Source of the DNA: an uncultured candidate division Zixibacteria bacterium
GTDB lineage: Bacteria > Zixibacteria > MSB-5A5 > GN15 > FEB-12
Assembly (NCBI GenBank): GCA_963806185.1
Contig: CAWDXE010000003.1
Coordinates: forward strand, 224,001-288,000
Length of the DNA: 64,000 bases
Direction of reading: 5' to 3'
The notes beneath the pieces were generated by a model that worked only from the letters and a program-made list of their open reading frames with translations, searched no databases and was not told the origin of the DNA. Both the position numbers and the translations under genes were made by a program. Positions 17,515 through 27,720 of this stretch are shown piece by piece (position 1 is the first letter of the stretch; every line of letters starts with the position of its first letter).

Positions 17515-18354
17515 TTATGGGGAGACAATTGGGTCAATGCAACTGGAAATGACCTCGTCCGGCAATTGGACCCATCCGGAGTCCGCGTTCCAATAGGCAA
17601 TGCTCCGTTTTTGGCATTGAGCGATTCTTAAGGTGTCAAACCAGGGCCGGTCCACTGTTTCCCCGCCAGAAATCGAGTCTTCTGGCACTGTTTCAACGTG
17701 GTTGTACTGCCCGTCGTGGGCAAGGAAATAGGAGTAACGGTACGAGAAGCAACCCGACGGGCAGTCGCCGAAACCTTCTATAAAGAAATATTTGAATGTC
17801 GAGTGATCGCGCCAGACGAACATATCTGAACCGTCAAAATGTGCAATCCAATTTTCCAGATACTTGAGTCCCGGAAGACTAACGAACGCATTGAGGTACG
17901 GCCATGGGTAGTGGCGCTTATCGGAATAGCAGAAGAAAAGCTCGGGGACTATGGGCGCGAAGTCACCAGTGACTCTTGCCCCGTGATACGCAAGCGTACT
18001 GTCAACGGTATGGCGCCAAACGGAATCGTTGAGATTGACTGATGTATCAAACCAAAGGTCGAAGCCGTTGAAGGTCCGGTACGCATCATAGATGACCTGA
18101 ACTCCCGGCACCGAATCGGCGAACTTAGCGCGAATATTGGCGAGGTCGTTATGAATCCGGTCGTACAGCCATTGCGGCGCGAGATCTGTGCGGGCGAGCG
18201 CCAGAGCGATCTCCTCTGCCTCTCGATCTTCACACGGTGAATTCACCGACACAAGCGTATCGATCTTTTCAACGCTGACCGGAGTGGACTCGTCATCACA
18301 TCCGGCGAAGAGGGCCGCAACGATTATAGCCATAGCAAACAGGGCATGCCGCAT
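17515..18354 (-). CDS. Hypothetical lipoprotein
   Basis: Lipobox LFAG-C; GFGDCPSGC motif. Confidence 0.75.
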   Translation of the reverse strand: MRHALFAMAIIVAALFAGCDDESTPVSVEKIDTLVSVNSPCEDREAEEIALALARTDLAPQWLYDRIHNDLANIRAKFADSVPGVQVIYDAYRTFNGFDLWFDTSVNLNDSVWRHTVDSTLAYHGARVTGDFAPIVPELFFCYSDKRHYPWPYLNAFVSLPGLKYLENWIAHFDGSDMFVWRDHSTFKYFFIEGFGDCPSGCFSYRYSYFLAHDGQYNHVETVPEDSISGGETVDRPWFDTLRIAQCQKRSIAYWNADSGWVQLPDEVISSCIDPIVSP

Positions 18355-18510
18355 AAATCGCTCCCGGTTTTCTTAATGCTGATATCATAATCTACATTAC
18401 CAGAACAAAGACGCAAGTGCCGTTTGACCGGCTGCAACGAATGGACGCGCCGCTTGGTATTTTCGTGCAAGGCCTTGAAATTTTTCGGAAATTCGTCGAT
18501 ACTGAGCCCT

Positions 18511-19014
18511 ATGATTCTGTCGCGGTACATTTCAGAAGATCTGGTCAAGCTGGAGATGACCAGCATCCAGCCGTCGTACGAAGACGGCACCTCGCGCGAG
18601 AAGTGGCTCGACCGATCGAAAGAGATCGTCCTGCAGGAACTCGTGACACTACTTGACACCGGCGCGCGTGTCGGGAACCCGAGCAAGCTGCTGATTGATT
18701 TCCTGAATCGCGAGCGCAAGGCGAGTACGGCGATTGGCCTCGGGGTAGCAATACCCCACATCCGTTCGATGCAGGCCAAGGACTTTATGCTCGCTTTCGC
18801 CCGGTCCGCTGAGGGGTACGAATTCGAGTCGATGGACCATCAGCCGGTTCACATGTTTTTTGTCATGGCGGCGCCACCGTACGACGATTCACTCTATCTG
18901 AAAGCGTTTAAGGCGCTGGCCGAGATGCTACAACATGATTCATTTCGCGAAGAATTGATGGGACTCCAGTCCCCTGGTGAAGTAATTCGCGCCCTCCGCT
19001 CCATGGAACGGTGA
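18511..19014 (+). CDS. PTS IIA (fructose/nitrogen-regulatory type) domain protein
   Basis: RE...STAIGLGVAIPH phospho-His motif. Confidence 0.88.
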   Translation: MILSRYISEDLVKLEMTSIQPSYEDGTSREKWLDRSKEIVLQELVTLLDTGARVGNPSKLLIDFLNRERKASTAIGLGVAIPHIRSMQAKDFMLAFARSAEGYEFESMDHQPVHMFFVMAAPPYDDSLYLKAFKALAEMLQHDSFREELMGLQSPGEVIRALRSMER

Positions 19015-19134
19015 TAAACCTCGAATTCCCCTGAACAAATCCAATCGCCAAGCGTCTAAAGGATACATCCTCTCTCTGCATCCTTCATTGCTGAGCCACG
19101 CTTAACGGCGTGGCTCACTGCGTGATACAACAGA

Positions 19135-19175
19135 AGCGGAGTCCCGCTGCACACAGGGACTCCGCTCTGATTTTT
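19135..19175. terminator. Terminator-like hairpin between convergent genes
   Basis: AGCGGAGTCCC-N10-GGGACTCCGCT then ctgaTTTTT; a second hairpin TGAGCCACGC/GCGTGGCTCA at 19092-19117. Confidence 0.6.
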
Positions 19176-19196
19176 CGTCGGATTGGACTACAACGG

Positions 19197-20336
19197 TTAG
19201 GTTACGAGTCGCCGGATGATGTCATCGGCAATGTAGACTCCCTCGTCAGAAAGACGAATCGTGCCGTCGTCCGGAATAATATACCCCGATTCCACCATCA
19301 GATCGAATTGTTGTCGGTTAACAGTCGATTCAACCGACTGACCGTAGCGCGAGGCAAACAATTGCCGGTCGATCCCGCGGGCGGTCCGAAGACCGAGCAT
19401 AATCGCCTCCACCATCCTCTCTTCACGGCCGGATTCATCATGAACAACCGGCAGCTCTCCCCTATTGAGTGACTGAATGTACTCGAAGACGCTGGAGGTG
19501 TTGGCATAGCGCTGCCCGAGCATAAAGGAATGGGCCGAGGGGCCCAGGCCGAGATAGTCGCTGCCGTCCCAGTAACTCAGGTTGTGGCGACACTCGTGGC
19601 CCGGCTTGGCGAACGAGGATACTTCGTAGCGGACGTAGCCGGCCTCTTCCATCCGCTGGCAGCCGCCTCGATACATGGCCAGAGACAATTCCTGATCGGG
19701 CATTTTCAGAGTGCCACTCGCAACCCGTTCGGCCAGTTTGGTGCCCGGCTCGACGGTGAGTTGATAAAATGAAATGTGGGGCGGATCGAGATCGATCATC
19801 TCGTCGAGATCGGCGGCGAGCAGTTTGCTCGTCTGCTCAGGGAGGCCGAAAATCAGGTCACAGCCAAAGGTCGGGAAGCCGAGGGCGTTGGCCAGGTATA
19901 CTGAGCGGTGACTATCGACCGGTTTGTGCTTGCGGTTCAAGAGTTGGAGGAGATCAGGATTGAATGACTGGACACCAAACGTCGGGCGGGTGATACCCAG
20001 CGCCTTGAATGCGTCCAGTTTTTCTCGCGTGATTGAGTCGGGGTTGTTTTCGAGCGAGATCTCGATACCCGGGGGGATATGGTAGTATTTCCGCAGCTGT
20101 TCAAACCAGGCAGCGAGACGATCCAGATTCATAAGCGACGGCGTACCGCCGCCGATGAAGATAGTCGCAATTTCGCGATCGACGTGACTGGGCTGCCCGG
20201 CGGTTAGTTCGGTTTCGATTGTGAGGGCCTCGTAAAACCTGGATTCCAGACCGGCATCGTACAGCTCTTTGTAGAAATCGCAATACGAGCACTTATTCCG
20301 GCAGAACGGAAAATGCAGATAGAGACCAAAAGCCAT
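19197..20336 (-). CDS. hemW: Radical SAM heme chaperone HemW (HemN-like)
   Basis: LYLHFPFCRNKCSYCDF, GGGTPS, YEVSSF, HNLSYW. Confidence 0.92.
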   Translation of the reverse strand: MAFGLYLHFPFCRNKCSYCDFYKELYDAGLESRFYEALTIETELTAGQPSHVDREIATIFIGGGTPSLMNLDRLAAWFEQLRKYYHIPPGIEISLENNPDSITREKLDAFKALGITRPTFGVQSFNPDLLQLLNRKHKPVDSHRSVYLANALGFPTFGCDLIFGLPEQTSKLLAADLDEMIDLDPPHISFYQLTVEPGTKLAERVASGTLKMPDQELSLAMYRGGCQRMEEAGYVRYEVSSFAKPGHECRHNLSYWDGSDYLGLGPSAHSFMLGQRYANTSSVFEYIQSLNRGELPVVHDESGREERMVEAIMLGLRTARGIDRQLFASRYGQSVESTVNRQQFDLMVESGYIIPDDGTIRLSDEGVYIADDIIRRLVT

Positions 20337-20353
20337 GTGGGAATATAGCGAGA

Positions 20354-21079
20354 TTAGATCGAGCTGCCAATGCGGTCCCAGCGAATATGCGTCGGGAAAT
20401 TGTACAGCGCATGGCCGACCCATTGGATCGCATTGATAACGTACGGAAATCCCCACCCTGGCGGGTCGGGGTCAGGTTCCCAGGACCAGTAGACGAAGAG
20501 GGCTTTGCCGCGGATATTCTCGACCGGCACCGCACCCCAGAAACGACTGTCCTGGCTGTCGTCGCGGTTGTCGCCAAGCACGAAGAAATATCCGTCGGGT
20601 ACTTTGTAGGGCGCGAAGTTATCGCGAAACGACAGATCGCCCGGAAGAATGCGCTGATCGACGTTCTTCATCGTCGGAGCGATCGGCGACACCTTGCCGT
20701 CGACATACACAATCTTGTCTGAAACTTCAACAGTCTGCCCCGGGCCGGCGATGATTCGTTTGATGAAGTCCTTCTCGGGGTTGTTGGGATATTTGAAGAC
20801 GATGATGTCACCCGGCGTCGGGTTGGTGCCGTAATCGTAGGCGAGTTTATTGACAAAAATATAGTCGCCGGTCAAAAGAGTATCTTCCATCGACCCGGAG
20901 TTTACGCGGTAGGCCGAGACGACGAAGATGCGCAGAAGGATGGCAGCGGCCAGGGCGACCAGGCCGGTCTCTAGGTATTCACGCCATAACGGCTTGCGTT
21001 CCTTACGCTTAAGGAACTCACGAGTCCGCCGCTGGGTCTCGATTTGCTTATGTTCCTGAATGAGAAAATCCTGGTCCAT
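20354..21079 (-). CDS. lepB: Signal peptidase I
   Basis: SGSMEDTL, FIKRII, GDNRDDSQDSRFWG. Confidence 0.95.
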   Translation of the reverse strand: MDQDFLIQEHKQIETQRRTREFLKRKERKPLWREYLETGLVALAAAILLRIFVVSAYRVNSGSMEDTLLTGDYIFVNKLAYDYGTNPTPGDIIVFKYPNNPEKDFIKRIIAGPGQTVEVSDKIVYVDGKVSPIAPTMKNVDQRILPGDLSFRDNFAPYKVPDGYFFVLGDNRDDSQDSRFWGAVPVENIRGKALFVYWSWEPDPDPPGWGFPYVINAIQWVGHALYNFPTHIRWDRIGSSI

Positions 21080-21173
21080 ACGTAATAGAGGTATCGGATG
21101 AGACCTGAAGGACTTTAGGGGTGGGAGATATAATACAGGACCGGGTGGATCAGTTTCCCATTGAAGGTAGGCT

Positions 21174-23180
21174 TCAACGGACCGTGGCGCTGTCCAGCCT
21201 CCGTAGGACTACCGCAGCACTGTCGGCCAAGCTATGCTCCTTTAGATAGGTGGCATAGAGCGCCAAATACTCTGGCGGGACCTTCGGATGCGCGGCGAGT
21301 CTGGCTAGCCACTTGTACTCTTCGAGGGAATCTTCGCGCTTCGCTGCGATTCTGTACATTCCCACCAGCGGCCAGTGGTTACCGGGGTTACGCTCATACG
21401 ATTGCAGCCAAAAATCGGCAGCTTTACGCATATTTTCCTTGAAGAACCAGCAGATTCCCAAGTTGTTCAGAGTTTTGGCATCGCCAGGATCCATCGCGTT
21501 GGCAATATCCAAAACCGCCAGAGCGCTGTCATACTGGTCAAGTGATACGTACACAGCCCCGAGACTGGTCCAGATGGAAGCACTCATCGGATTCAATACC
21601 GCGCATTTCTTCAGAGTCCTGGCTGCTCCTTGAAATTGCCCCGAACTCGCCATCTTCTGCGCCGACAATAGGCTGTCAAACTCCGGGAAATCTGCGTGGA
21701 ACGACCGTCGTTGCCGGAGCGCGGCCGTCGTATCGCCGCGCGCGTAAAACTGCTCGATTAAGAGATAGCGTATGGGGCTGTTCTTCTTGACGTCGAGCCG
21801 GCAGTAATCATCCAGATGAGCCAGCATCACCGGTCGATTTGATACTGCCACGACACGCGCCGTCAATTGACCAAATCCGGCACAAATCGCGAGGACGATA
21901 CAAAGCGTGAACGGGACGCGCGGAAGTGTTTCCTTCGCACCCACAAAGAGTGCTATTGCCAGCGGAATTCCGGCAAAGGCAAACAGGTCCCAATCGCGAG
22001 GCATACCGAGTTTCGGATTGATGAGCGAAAGCCCCAACCAGGCACAAGCCGCCAGGACGAGAAGGTAGATATTTTCAGGCACCCGCGGCGACGTGATGAA
22101 TCCCTTTCCCGCACCCAGAGCAAGAATGAGAACTCCCGGAATGAGCAGGAAGATCAGGTTCATCAAGTCAAGCAGGTGCTTTGGGGAAAGCAGTGTATAC
22201 CCCTCAACCGTCAGGTAATCGGCCATGAAGGGCATGAGAGAAAGTTGGAAGCGAAGGCTTGTAGCGTAAAGCCAGCCAAGGGCTGCAAGCCCAGCGAAAA
22301 GAGGAATCAGAACCAGAACCCATCGGACACTCTTGCTGAGTCGCTGCCAAAGCGGATTTACCTCAGAACTCAGCACGACGGCGGCTACCGCACCCGGGAG
22401 AAGCAGCAAACCGAAGATGTGTGTGATCGCCGCCAAGCCGAAGGACGGAAGAAGCCACCACACGTTAAGCTGCTTCCGCACCACCAGCAGGCCGATTAAC
22501 GTAAAGCAGAGCACGGCCACGAGAAGGAAAGCGTAATTTTCGACGTAGCCAAAGAACTGCAATGTATACCCGCCCGAAAGAAGCATGAGCACAAAGAGGA
22601 TTCGCTCGGCGGCTGATGAAAACAGCCTACGCGCCCCGGCGATGGCGACCAATATGAACAACAGGCCACTCCCCCACGCCACGAGACGATAGGCCAGTAC
22701 AGCCGTAGCTTCATTGCCGCCGTCGAGAAGGCGGAAAGTACGGTACGGAAGCTCCATGCCCAGCCAATTGTGGGTGTACACGCGATAACCGTTATTGACC
22801 ATCTTCGCCAAGAGGGCGTAACCATCACCGAGATAGTAGTACTGCACCGGCACCAGAATCATAATCAGAGTGAGAATCGTCGAAATCGACAATTCACTCA
22901 TGGCCGGTCTGGTCATCAGTGGAGAATTATCTGTGGCTGTCAGTCGGTAAATGAAGAAGCCTGAGACAGTCGTTGCGAAGAATATTATCGCCGATTGCCA
23001 AGCGGGCAGATAGGCAAACCAATTAAGTCCCCAATTGCGTGCGTGAGGAGATTGTGATGCAGCAAGTATCAATAGGAAAAGAATGGCCGTCAGCCCGGCC
23101 ATATACTTCGTCGGATCATCAGACTTTGGCTTACTCGAGCGCTTTGGCTTAACCATGAGTAGTAGCGACAACATAGACAA
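21174..23180 (-). CDS. Polytopic membrane protein with C-terminal TPRs (GT-C-like)
   Basis: About 12 TM helices, LGDG, GYVENY and RDWDLF motifs, TPRs in the last ~170 aa; start uncertain. Confidence 0.7.
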   Translation of the reverse strand: MSMLSLLLMVKPKRSSKPKSDDPTKYMAGLTAILFLLILAASQSPHARNWGLNWFAYLPAWQSAIIFFATTVSGFFIYRLTATDNSPLMTRPAMSELSISTILTLIMILVPVQYYYLGDGYALLAKMVNNGYRVYTHNWLGMELPYRTFRLLDGGNEATAVLAYRLVAWGSGLLFILVAIAGARRLFSSAAERILFVLMLLSGGYTLQFFGYVENYAFLLVAVLCFTLIGLLVVRKQLNVWWLLPSFGLAAITHIFGLLLLPGAVAAVVLSSEVNPLWQRLSKSVRWVLVLIPLFAGLAALGWLYATSLRFQLSLMPFMADYLTVEGYTLLSPKHLLDLMNLIFLLIPGVLILALGAGKGFITSPRVPENIYLLVLAACAWLGLSLINPKLGMPRDWDLFAFAGIPLAIALFVGAKETLPRVPFTLCIVLAICAGFGQLTARVVAVSNRPVMLAHLDDYCRLDVKKNSPIRYLLIEQFYARGDTTAALRQRRSFHADFPEFDSLLSAQKMASSGQFQGAARTLKKCAVLNPMSASIWTSLGAVYVSLDQYDSALAVLDIANAMDPGDAKTLNNLGICWFFKENMRKAADFWLQSYERNPGNHWPLVGMYRIAAKREDSLEEYKWLARLAAHPKVPPEYLALYATYLKEHSLADSAAVVLRRLDSATVR

Positions 23181-23267
23181 TCAACTCGAAAGAACCAACT
23201 GAAAACTCTGCGACAGGGTGGTGCAACAACCTTGACTCATTTACTATCCATCTGCTAAGCTTACCGT

Positions 23268-24029
23268 ATGCAACTCCCTCTTTGGCTTCTCGCCGGTTTC
23301 TGGGGCCTCGTCGCCGGATCGGCACTTTTGATCGGCGCGGCGATGGGGTACTACCTCCACCTGCCGCAGAGACTCATCGCCGGGATCATGGCGTTCGGCA
23401 GCGGTGTCCTCATCTCTGCGCTCGCGTTCGACCTGATGGATGAAGCCTTCCAGCGCGGCGGATTCGATTCGACAGCCATCGGCTTTCTCGCCGGCGCGGC
23501 CGTCTACACGGCGGCCAATGCGGTGCTTTCGCGGCACGGCGCCAAACACCGCAAGCGGTCAGGTCATCTTCAGCCCAAACGCGAAGAGGACGGCGGCACG
23601 GGCGCGGCGATCGCGCTCGGGGCACTCATCGATGGCATTCCGGAATCAATTGTTATCGGATTGAGTTTGATCGAAGGAGCAGGAGTCAGCACGGTAGCGG
23701 TAATTGCCATCTTCATGTCCAACCTACCCGAAGGCCTGTCCAGTTCGGCCGGGATGAAGAAGGCAGGGCGGACAAAGCTCTACATCTTCGGCGTATGGTT
23801 GAGCATCATGGTCGTCTCCGGGCTGGCTTCCGTGGCCGGGTATACGCTGTTTCACGGCGCCCCGCCGGACCTGGTGGCGGCGACCACAGCTGTCGCGGCA
23901 GGCGCGATACTGGCCATGTTGGTCGACACGATGATTCCGGAGGCGTTTGCCGAAACGCATAACATGGCCGGATTGATAACGGTGGCGGGGTTTCTCGCGG
24001 CGTTCGTACTCAGCAAGCTGGGGAAGTGA
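23268..24029 (+). CDS. ZIP (ZupT/GufA) family divalent metal transporter
   Basis: AFGSGVL, LIDGIPES, SNLPEG, MIPEAF. Confidence 0.9.
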   Translation: MQLPLWLLAGFWGLVAGSALLIGAAMGYYLHLPQRLIAGIMAFGSGVLISALAFDLMDEAFQRGGFDSTAIGFLAGAAVYTAANAVLSRHGAKHRKRSGHLQPKREEDGGTGAAIALGALIDGIPESIVIGLSLIEGAGVSTVAVIAIFMSNLPEGLSSSAGMKKAGRTKLYIFGVWLSIMVVSGLASVAGYTLFHGAPPDLVAATTAVAAGAILAMLVDTMIPEAFAETHNMAGLITVAGFLAAFVLSKLGK

Positions 24030-24084
24030 GTAGTGCTGATCGCTCTTTCATACAGCAGCGGACAACCCGTGCTGATGATAAGAG

Positions 24085-24113
24085 TTGACAATCAAGTCGC
24101 CTCTCCGTATCTT
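24085..24113 (+). promoter_or_regulatory. sigma70-like promoter
   Basis: TTGACA-N17-TATCTT. Confidence 0.6.
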
Positions 24114-24220
24114 TCTTAGGTTAGTGTCTACTTCACTACACCGGTTACTCGGGTGATTGAATCGATCTACAGGTCACGGCAACTAGCCAACATTCAAAAT
24201 CGCTAATCTGGAGGCATCTC

Positions 24221-25267
24221 ATGTGTTTCCTCTGGTCAACCGCTCTGCGCAAGCTCGGCCTTGCCCTTGTAATCGCTTGCCTGCTGGTTCCGTGTGTCAA
24301 CGCTCAAGAGCCGGCAATCACCCTCGTGATGGATTCGATCAGCGTTGTCCACCCTGACACCGCCTATATCACCGTGTACCTGACCAACCCTGCCGATTCC
24401 ATCACCGCCTTTTCACTTTGGATTCAGCTCAATCGGCCCGATATCGCCAGATTCGTTCCGGTCAACGCGCCGGGAGTCGGCTACGACTCCGCGGGAACGC
24501 TGGTAGGAGGCTGGTTTGAAATCTCGCTTAAGTCCTTCAGCGGGACCGACTTCGATGTACGCGTGCTGGCCGTAGCCAACCAGTATGGAAATCCGAACCA
24601 TCACGACATCGGCCCCTCCTCCCTGCCGCGACCGTTGATACGCCTGGCCCTGGTCGCGCTACCTTTGCCCGACACATCATCGGATCGTGTAGCGCTGTTG
24701 TACTGGAACACCATGCAGCCCTATTTATCATTCTCTCGTCCTGACGGTAGTTCCGTCACTGTGTCCGACGCCATACTCATTCCGGGGCTGGTAGGAAATG
24801 GTTGTGAAGTTCGGGGAGACATCGACGGGAACGGCACGGGGTACGAGACAACTGATTACGTACGCCTGGCAGCAGTGCTGAGCGGCCTGCCGGTCGCGAT
24901 CGCGGAACCGTGGCAGGCGGACATTAATTACGACTGTGTCGTGGATACGGTCGACTTATCGTTGCTCGACTGCATTTCCCATGGTCAATGTCCAGAGCCG
25001 CCGGCTCCGGGTTTCGCCTGTTGTACTCCGATCGTGGTATCGTGTTGCGACGGACTCCGGGGCAACATAGACTGCGACTCGACGGGAAACGTTGACATCA
25101 GCGATTTGACCGCATTTATCAATAATCTCTTTGTTTCTTTCGAATTGCTGTGTTGTGTGGGTGAAGCTGATCTGAACGGTGACGGCAGTGTGGATATCGG
25201 AGACCTCACGACCCTCATAGACAATCTGTTCGTGAGCTTTTCGGCCCTGCCGCCGTGCGGATTCTAG
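24221..25267 (+). CDS. Secreted protein with cohesin-like N-domain and two dockerin-like domains
   Basis: Signal peptide; RGDIDGNG...ADINYDCVVD and GNIDCDSTGNVDISDL...ADLNGDGSVDIGDL repeats. Confidence 0.8.
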   Translation: MCFLWSTALRKLGLALVIACLLVPCVNAQEPAITLVMDSISVVHPDTAYITVYLTNPADSITAFSLWIQLNRPDIARFVPVNAPGVGYDSAGTLVGGWFEISLKSFSGTDFDVRVLAVANQYGNPNHHDIGPSSLPRPLIRLALVALPLPDTSSDRVALLYWNTMQPYLSFSRPDGSSVTVSDAILIPGLVGNGCEVRGDIDGNGTGYETTDYVRLAAVLSGLPVAIAEPWQADINYDCVVDTVDLSLLDCISHGQCPEPPAPGFACCTPIVVSCCDGLRGNIDCDSTGNVDISDLTAFINNLFVSFELLCCVGEADLNGDGSVDIGDLTTLIDNLFVSFSALPPCGF

Positions 25268-25296
25268 ACTCGTAGTGCTTAGGTCGGTAGTGAACG

Positions 25297-26196
25297 CTAT
25301 CGCACGCATTCCCAACCGACGCCCTGAGCTTCAAGGAAAGTTTCGGCGTGCAAACCGTGGAGCATGGCCAGCGTGGAAAGAAACCCGGCTTCGGTGCAAC
25401 TCCCGGCAATCACCGTCACGCTCATCGGGGCATCGGCGACCGGCCAGCCGGTGCGGGGGTCGAGGACGTGTCCCAGTCGCCTGCCTTGATAGGTGCAGAA
25501 CCTTCGCGACTCGCCGCTGGTGGCGACGCCACCGGAGTTCAATTCAATGGTCCCGAGCACCGAGTCGGCTTTCCTGGGATCTTCGATGCCGATGATCCAC
25601 GGCTCGGCCTGATCATCGGGGGCGATCGCCCGAATGTCGCCCCCGAAATTTACCATCACTCGCCGACTGCATTTTTCGAAGACCATTTGTGCCACCCGAT
25701 CAACCGCGTACTCCTTGCCAACTCCACCAAGATCGATTTCCATGCCGGGCAGCAGCGTGATCATGGAATGGTGATATTCGATCTTTTCCCAACCGACCAA
25801 TTTTAGGAGTGAGGCGATGAGTTCGTCATCAGGGTGCGCTTCCTCCCCCTTGAACGACCAGGCGCGACGAAGCACACCCGAGGTTATGTCAAACAGGCCG
25901 TCGCTCAGCGTATGGCAATGGCCGGCATACGTGATCATGCGCGCCGTCTCTTCATCCAGGAGGACGGGTCGACCTCGGGCGGTATTGATGGCGTGGACGA
26001 TGCTGTCGTCGCGATAGCGGCTGAATTTCTGCTCGATGCGCTGGGTTTCAGAAAAAGCGAGCGAAGCCAATTGCTTGACTTCGCTCTCTCTCAGATCGGG
26101 TATCAGTATTTCGCAGGGGCTGGCCATTGCTGAGAAGCCGATGGTCCAATGACCGTCGCTACTTTTCAGTGAGTAGGCGGGATGCTCAGAAGTCAT
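25297..26196 (-). CDS. apbE: FAD:protein FMN transferase
   Basis: FSAMAS, FDITSG, IDLGGVGKEYAVD, GGDI, ATSG, HVLDPRTG. Confidence 0.93.
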   Translation of the reverse strand: MTSEHPAYSLKSSDGHWTIGFSAMASPCEILIPDLRESEVKQLASLAFSETQRIEQKFSRYRDDSIVHAINTARGRPVLLDEETARMITYAGHCHTLSDGLFDITSGVLRRAWSFKGEEAHPDDELIASLLKLVGWEKIEYHHSMITLLPGMEIDLGGVGKEYAVDRVAQMVFEKCSRRVMVNFGGDIRAIAPDDQAEPWIIGIEDPRKADSVLGTIELNSGGVATSGESRRFCTYQGRRLGHVLDPRTGWPVADAPMSVTVIAGSCTEAGFLSTLAMLHGLHAETFLEAQGVGWECVR

Positions 26197-27490
26197 GTCC
26201 AATGCCAAACCTCAGCATGATCGATTTCATGTCGGGAAACAGGTCATAGTTGCGTAATGACCCGATCGCTTCCGGTGGGCTCTTGTCTCCGTGCTGAAGA
26301 TAATACTCGGCGCCGAGACTCAGCTTCCATCCTTCCTGTATCGGAATAAAATACTGCAATCCCAGCGTGTATGCATCAAACTTTGCAAGCCGGTAATCGG
26401 CCGACGCATAGTCGGGTAGTGGGTCACCCTGCACGAGGAAGTAGCGGTGGAAATCGGCAGCCGTCTGCCGGTACCATCGAACATGCGGCTGGAGGGCGTG
26501 CTCCCCCTTGATGCGGAATCGATAAGAGAAATCGACCGTGTGGGACTTGACCTGCCAATCGTCCCAGTAGTAACGATACGAAAGGTCAACTACGTGGCCG
26601 AAGAGATACTGGCGGAGTTCACCATAAGCGGAGTTTCTGCTGCGCGAAGACGGGCGTTTCTCGTACAGATAATCGACCGGTTCGCCAGGGTCGGTCCCCT
26701 GAGGACCGCCGACCACACTAAGAATCTTGTAGGGGTCGTTCAGATAGCCGGAGGATTTCCCGTAGGAATAGTTGAATCGACCAATGGTTGTGCGCGAGAA
26801 GACCTGCGTAAGGCTGACGATAGCGTCGAACCCGTTCTTGGATTCACTCGGTCCGCCGTTTCCCCCTTCTCCTTCTCCTCCCTCGTCTCCTTCGCCGTTC
26901 GGCTCCGATTGAGCGACTGGCATCGAAGTGAACGCCACGGGCGCACCGCCGACAGGCGATACCAAATCATGGGAGAGCGCTACCGAGAGTCCGAGCGTGG
27001 TATTCCGATCATTGAAATCGCGAGTCAGACTTCCGTTCAGGCCAAAGGAAGTGTAGTCGTGTTCGCCGGAGAAATGGGCCCCGATTATACCCGTGCTCAA
27101 TCGCCCCAGCGGGAAAGAAAGACTTCCGTCGCCCGCGAAGCGAGTGTCTTTGAATGTATCATCGAGAGGAATCTCGCCGGGTCGGACAAGGTATCCGGCG
27201 TTGCCGGAGGGACGGGTGAAGGTCTGGACTTTTCGGGAGGGGGTGGCGCCGCTGGGCGATGCGCCGGTTAGCCCGTCATAGGTCAACCTGAGCGTAAAAG
27301 TGCGCTCGCCTTCGAGATAACGAGTGACATTGGCAACGGCCTCGGCCGCAGTCACTCGATTGCTTTCAGAATAGAACAGCAGGGAGGATTCAACTTTTCC
27401 TTTGTCGGCGGCAGTCGCACTCTGACCGAGCAGGGCAGCCGACACGGTGGCCAGAGCAGTGGCGATCGATTTGGGTCGGGTCAGTTGCAT
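26186..27490 (-). CDS. DUF3570-family outer-membrane beta-barrel protein
   Basis: DGLTGAS near the N-terminus, YRYYWDDW, SADYRL, C-terminal Phe; start overlaps the DUF4266 GGGCGCN end. Confidence 0.85.
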   Translation of the reverse strand: MQLTRPKSIATALATVSAALLGQSATAADKGKVESSLLFYSESNRVTAAEAVANVTRYLEGERTFTLRLTYDGLTGASPSGATPSRKVQTFTRPSGNAGYLVRPGEIPLDDTFKDTRFAGDGSLSFPLGRLSTGIIGAHFSGEHDYTSFGLNGSLTRDFNDRNTTLGLSVALSHDLVSPVGGAPVAFTSMPVAQSEPNGEGDEGGEGEGGNGGPSESKNGFDAIVSLTQVFSRTTIGRFNYSYGKSSGYLNDPYKILSVVGGPQGTDPGEPVDYLYEKRPSSRSRNSAYGELRQYLFGHVVDLSYRYYWDDWQVKSHTVDFSYRFRIKGEHALQPHVRWYRQTAADFHRYFLVQGDPLPDYASADYRLAKFDAYTLGLQYFIPIQEGWKLSLGAEYYLQHGDKSPPEAIGSLRNYDLFPDMKSIMLRFGIGHDF

Positions 27491-27720
27491 CCGCATCCTC
27501 CCCCGCCGAAACCACGGCCGCCGGAAGATCCTTCTTTGCTGAAATAGATGTGATCGTCAAGAGCGTGGTCGACGCCGTCGGCGTCAAGTTGCATCGACGG
27601 TTTGGCGAGAACGTCACGCTCCCAGACTTTGACTCCCATGGGTGCGCACCCCGAAAGCAGAACGAGTGCAAGGATTACCAGGGCTACGACAACTCGTGAT
27701 TGACGACGTGGGTGGTTCAT
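27481..27720 (-). CDS. DUF4266-family small lipoprotein
   Basis: LSG-C lipobox; VKVWER..LA; C-terminal GGGGCGCN. Confidence 0.88.
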   Translation of the reverse strand: MNHPRRQSRVVVALVILALVLLSGCAPMGVKVWERDVLAKPSMQLDADGVDHALDDHIYFSKEGSSGGRGFGGGGCGCN

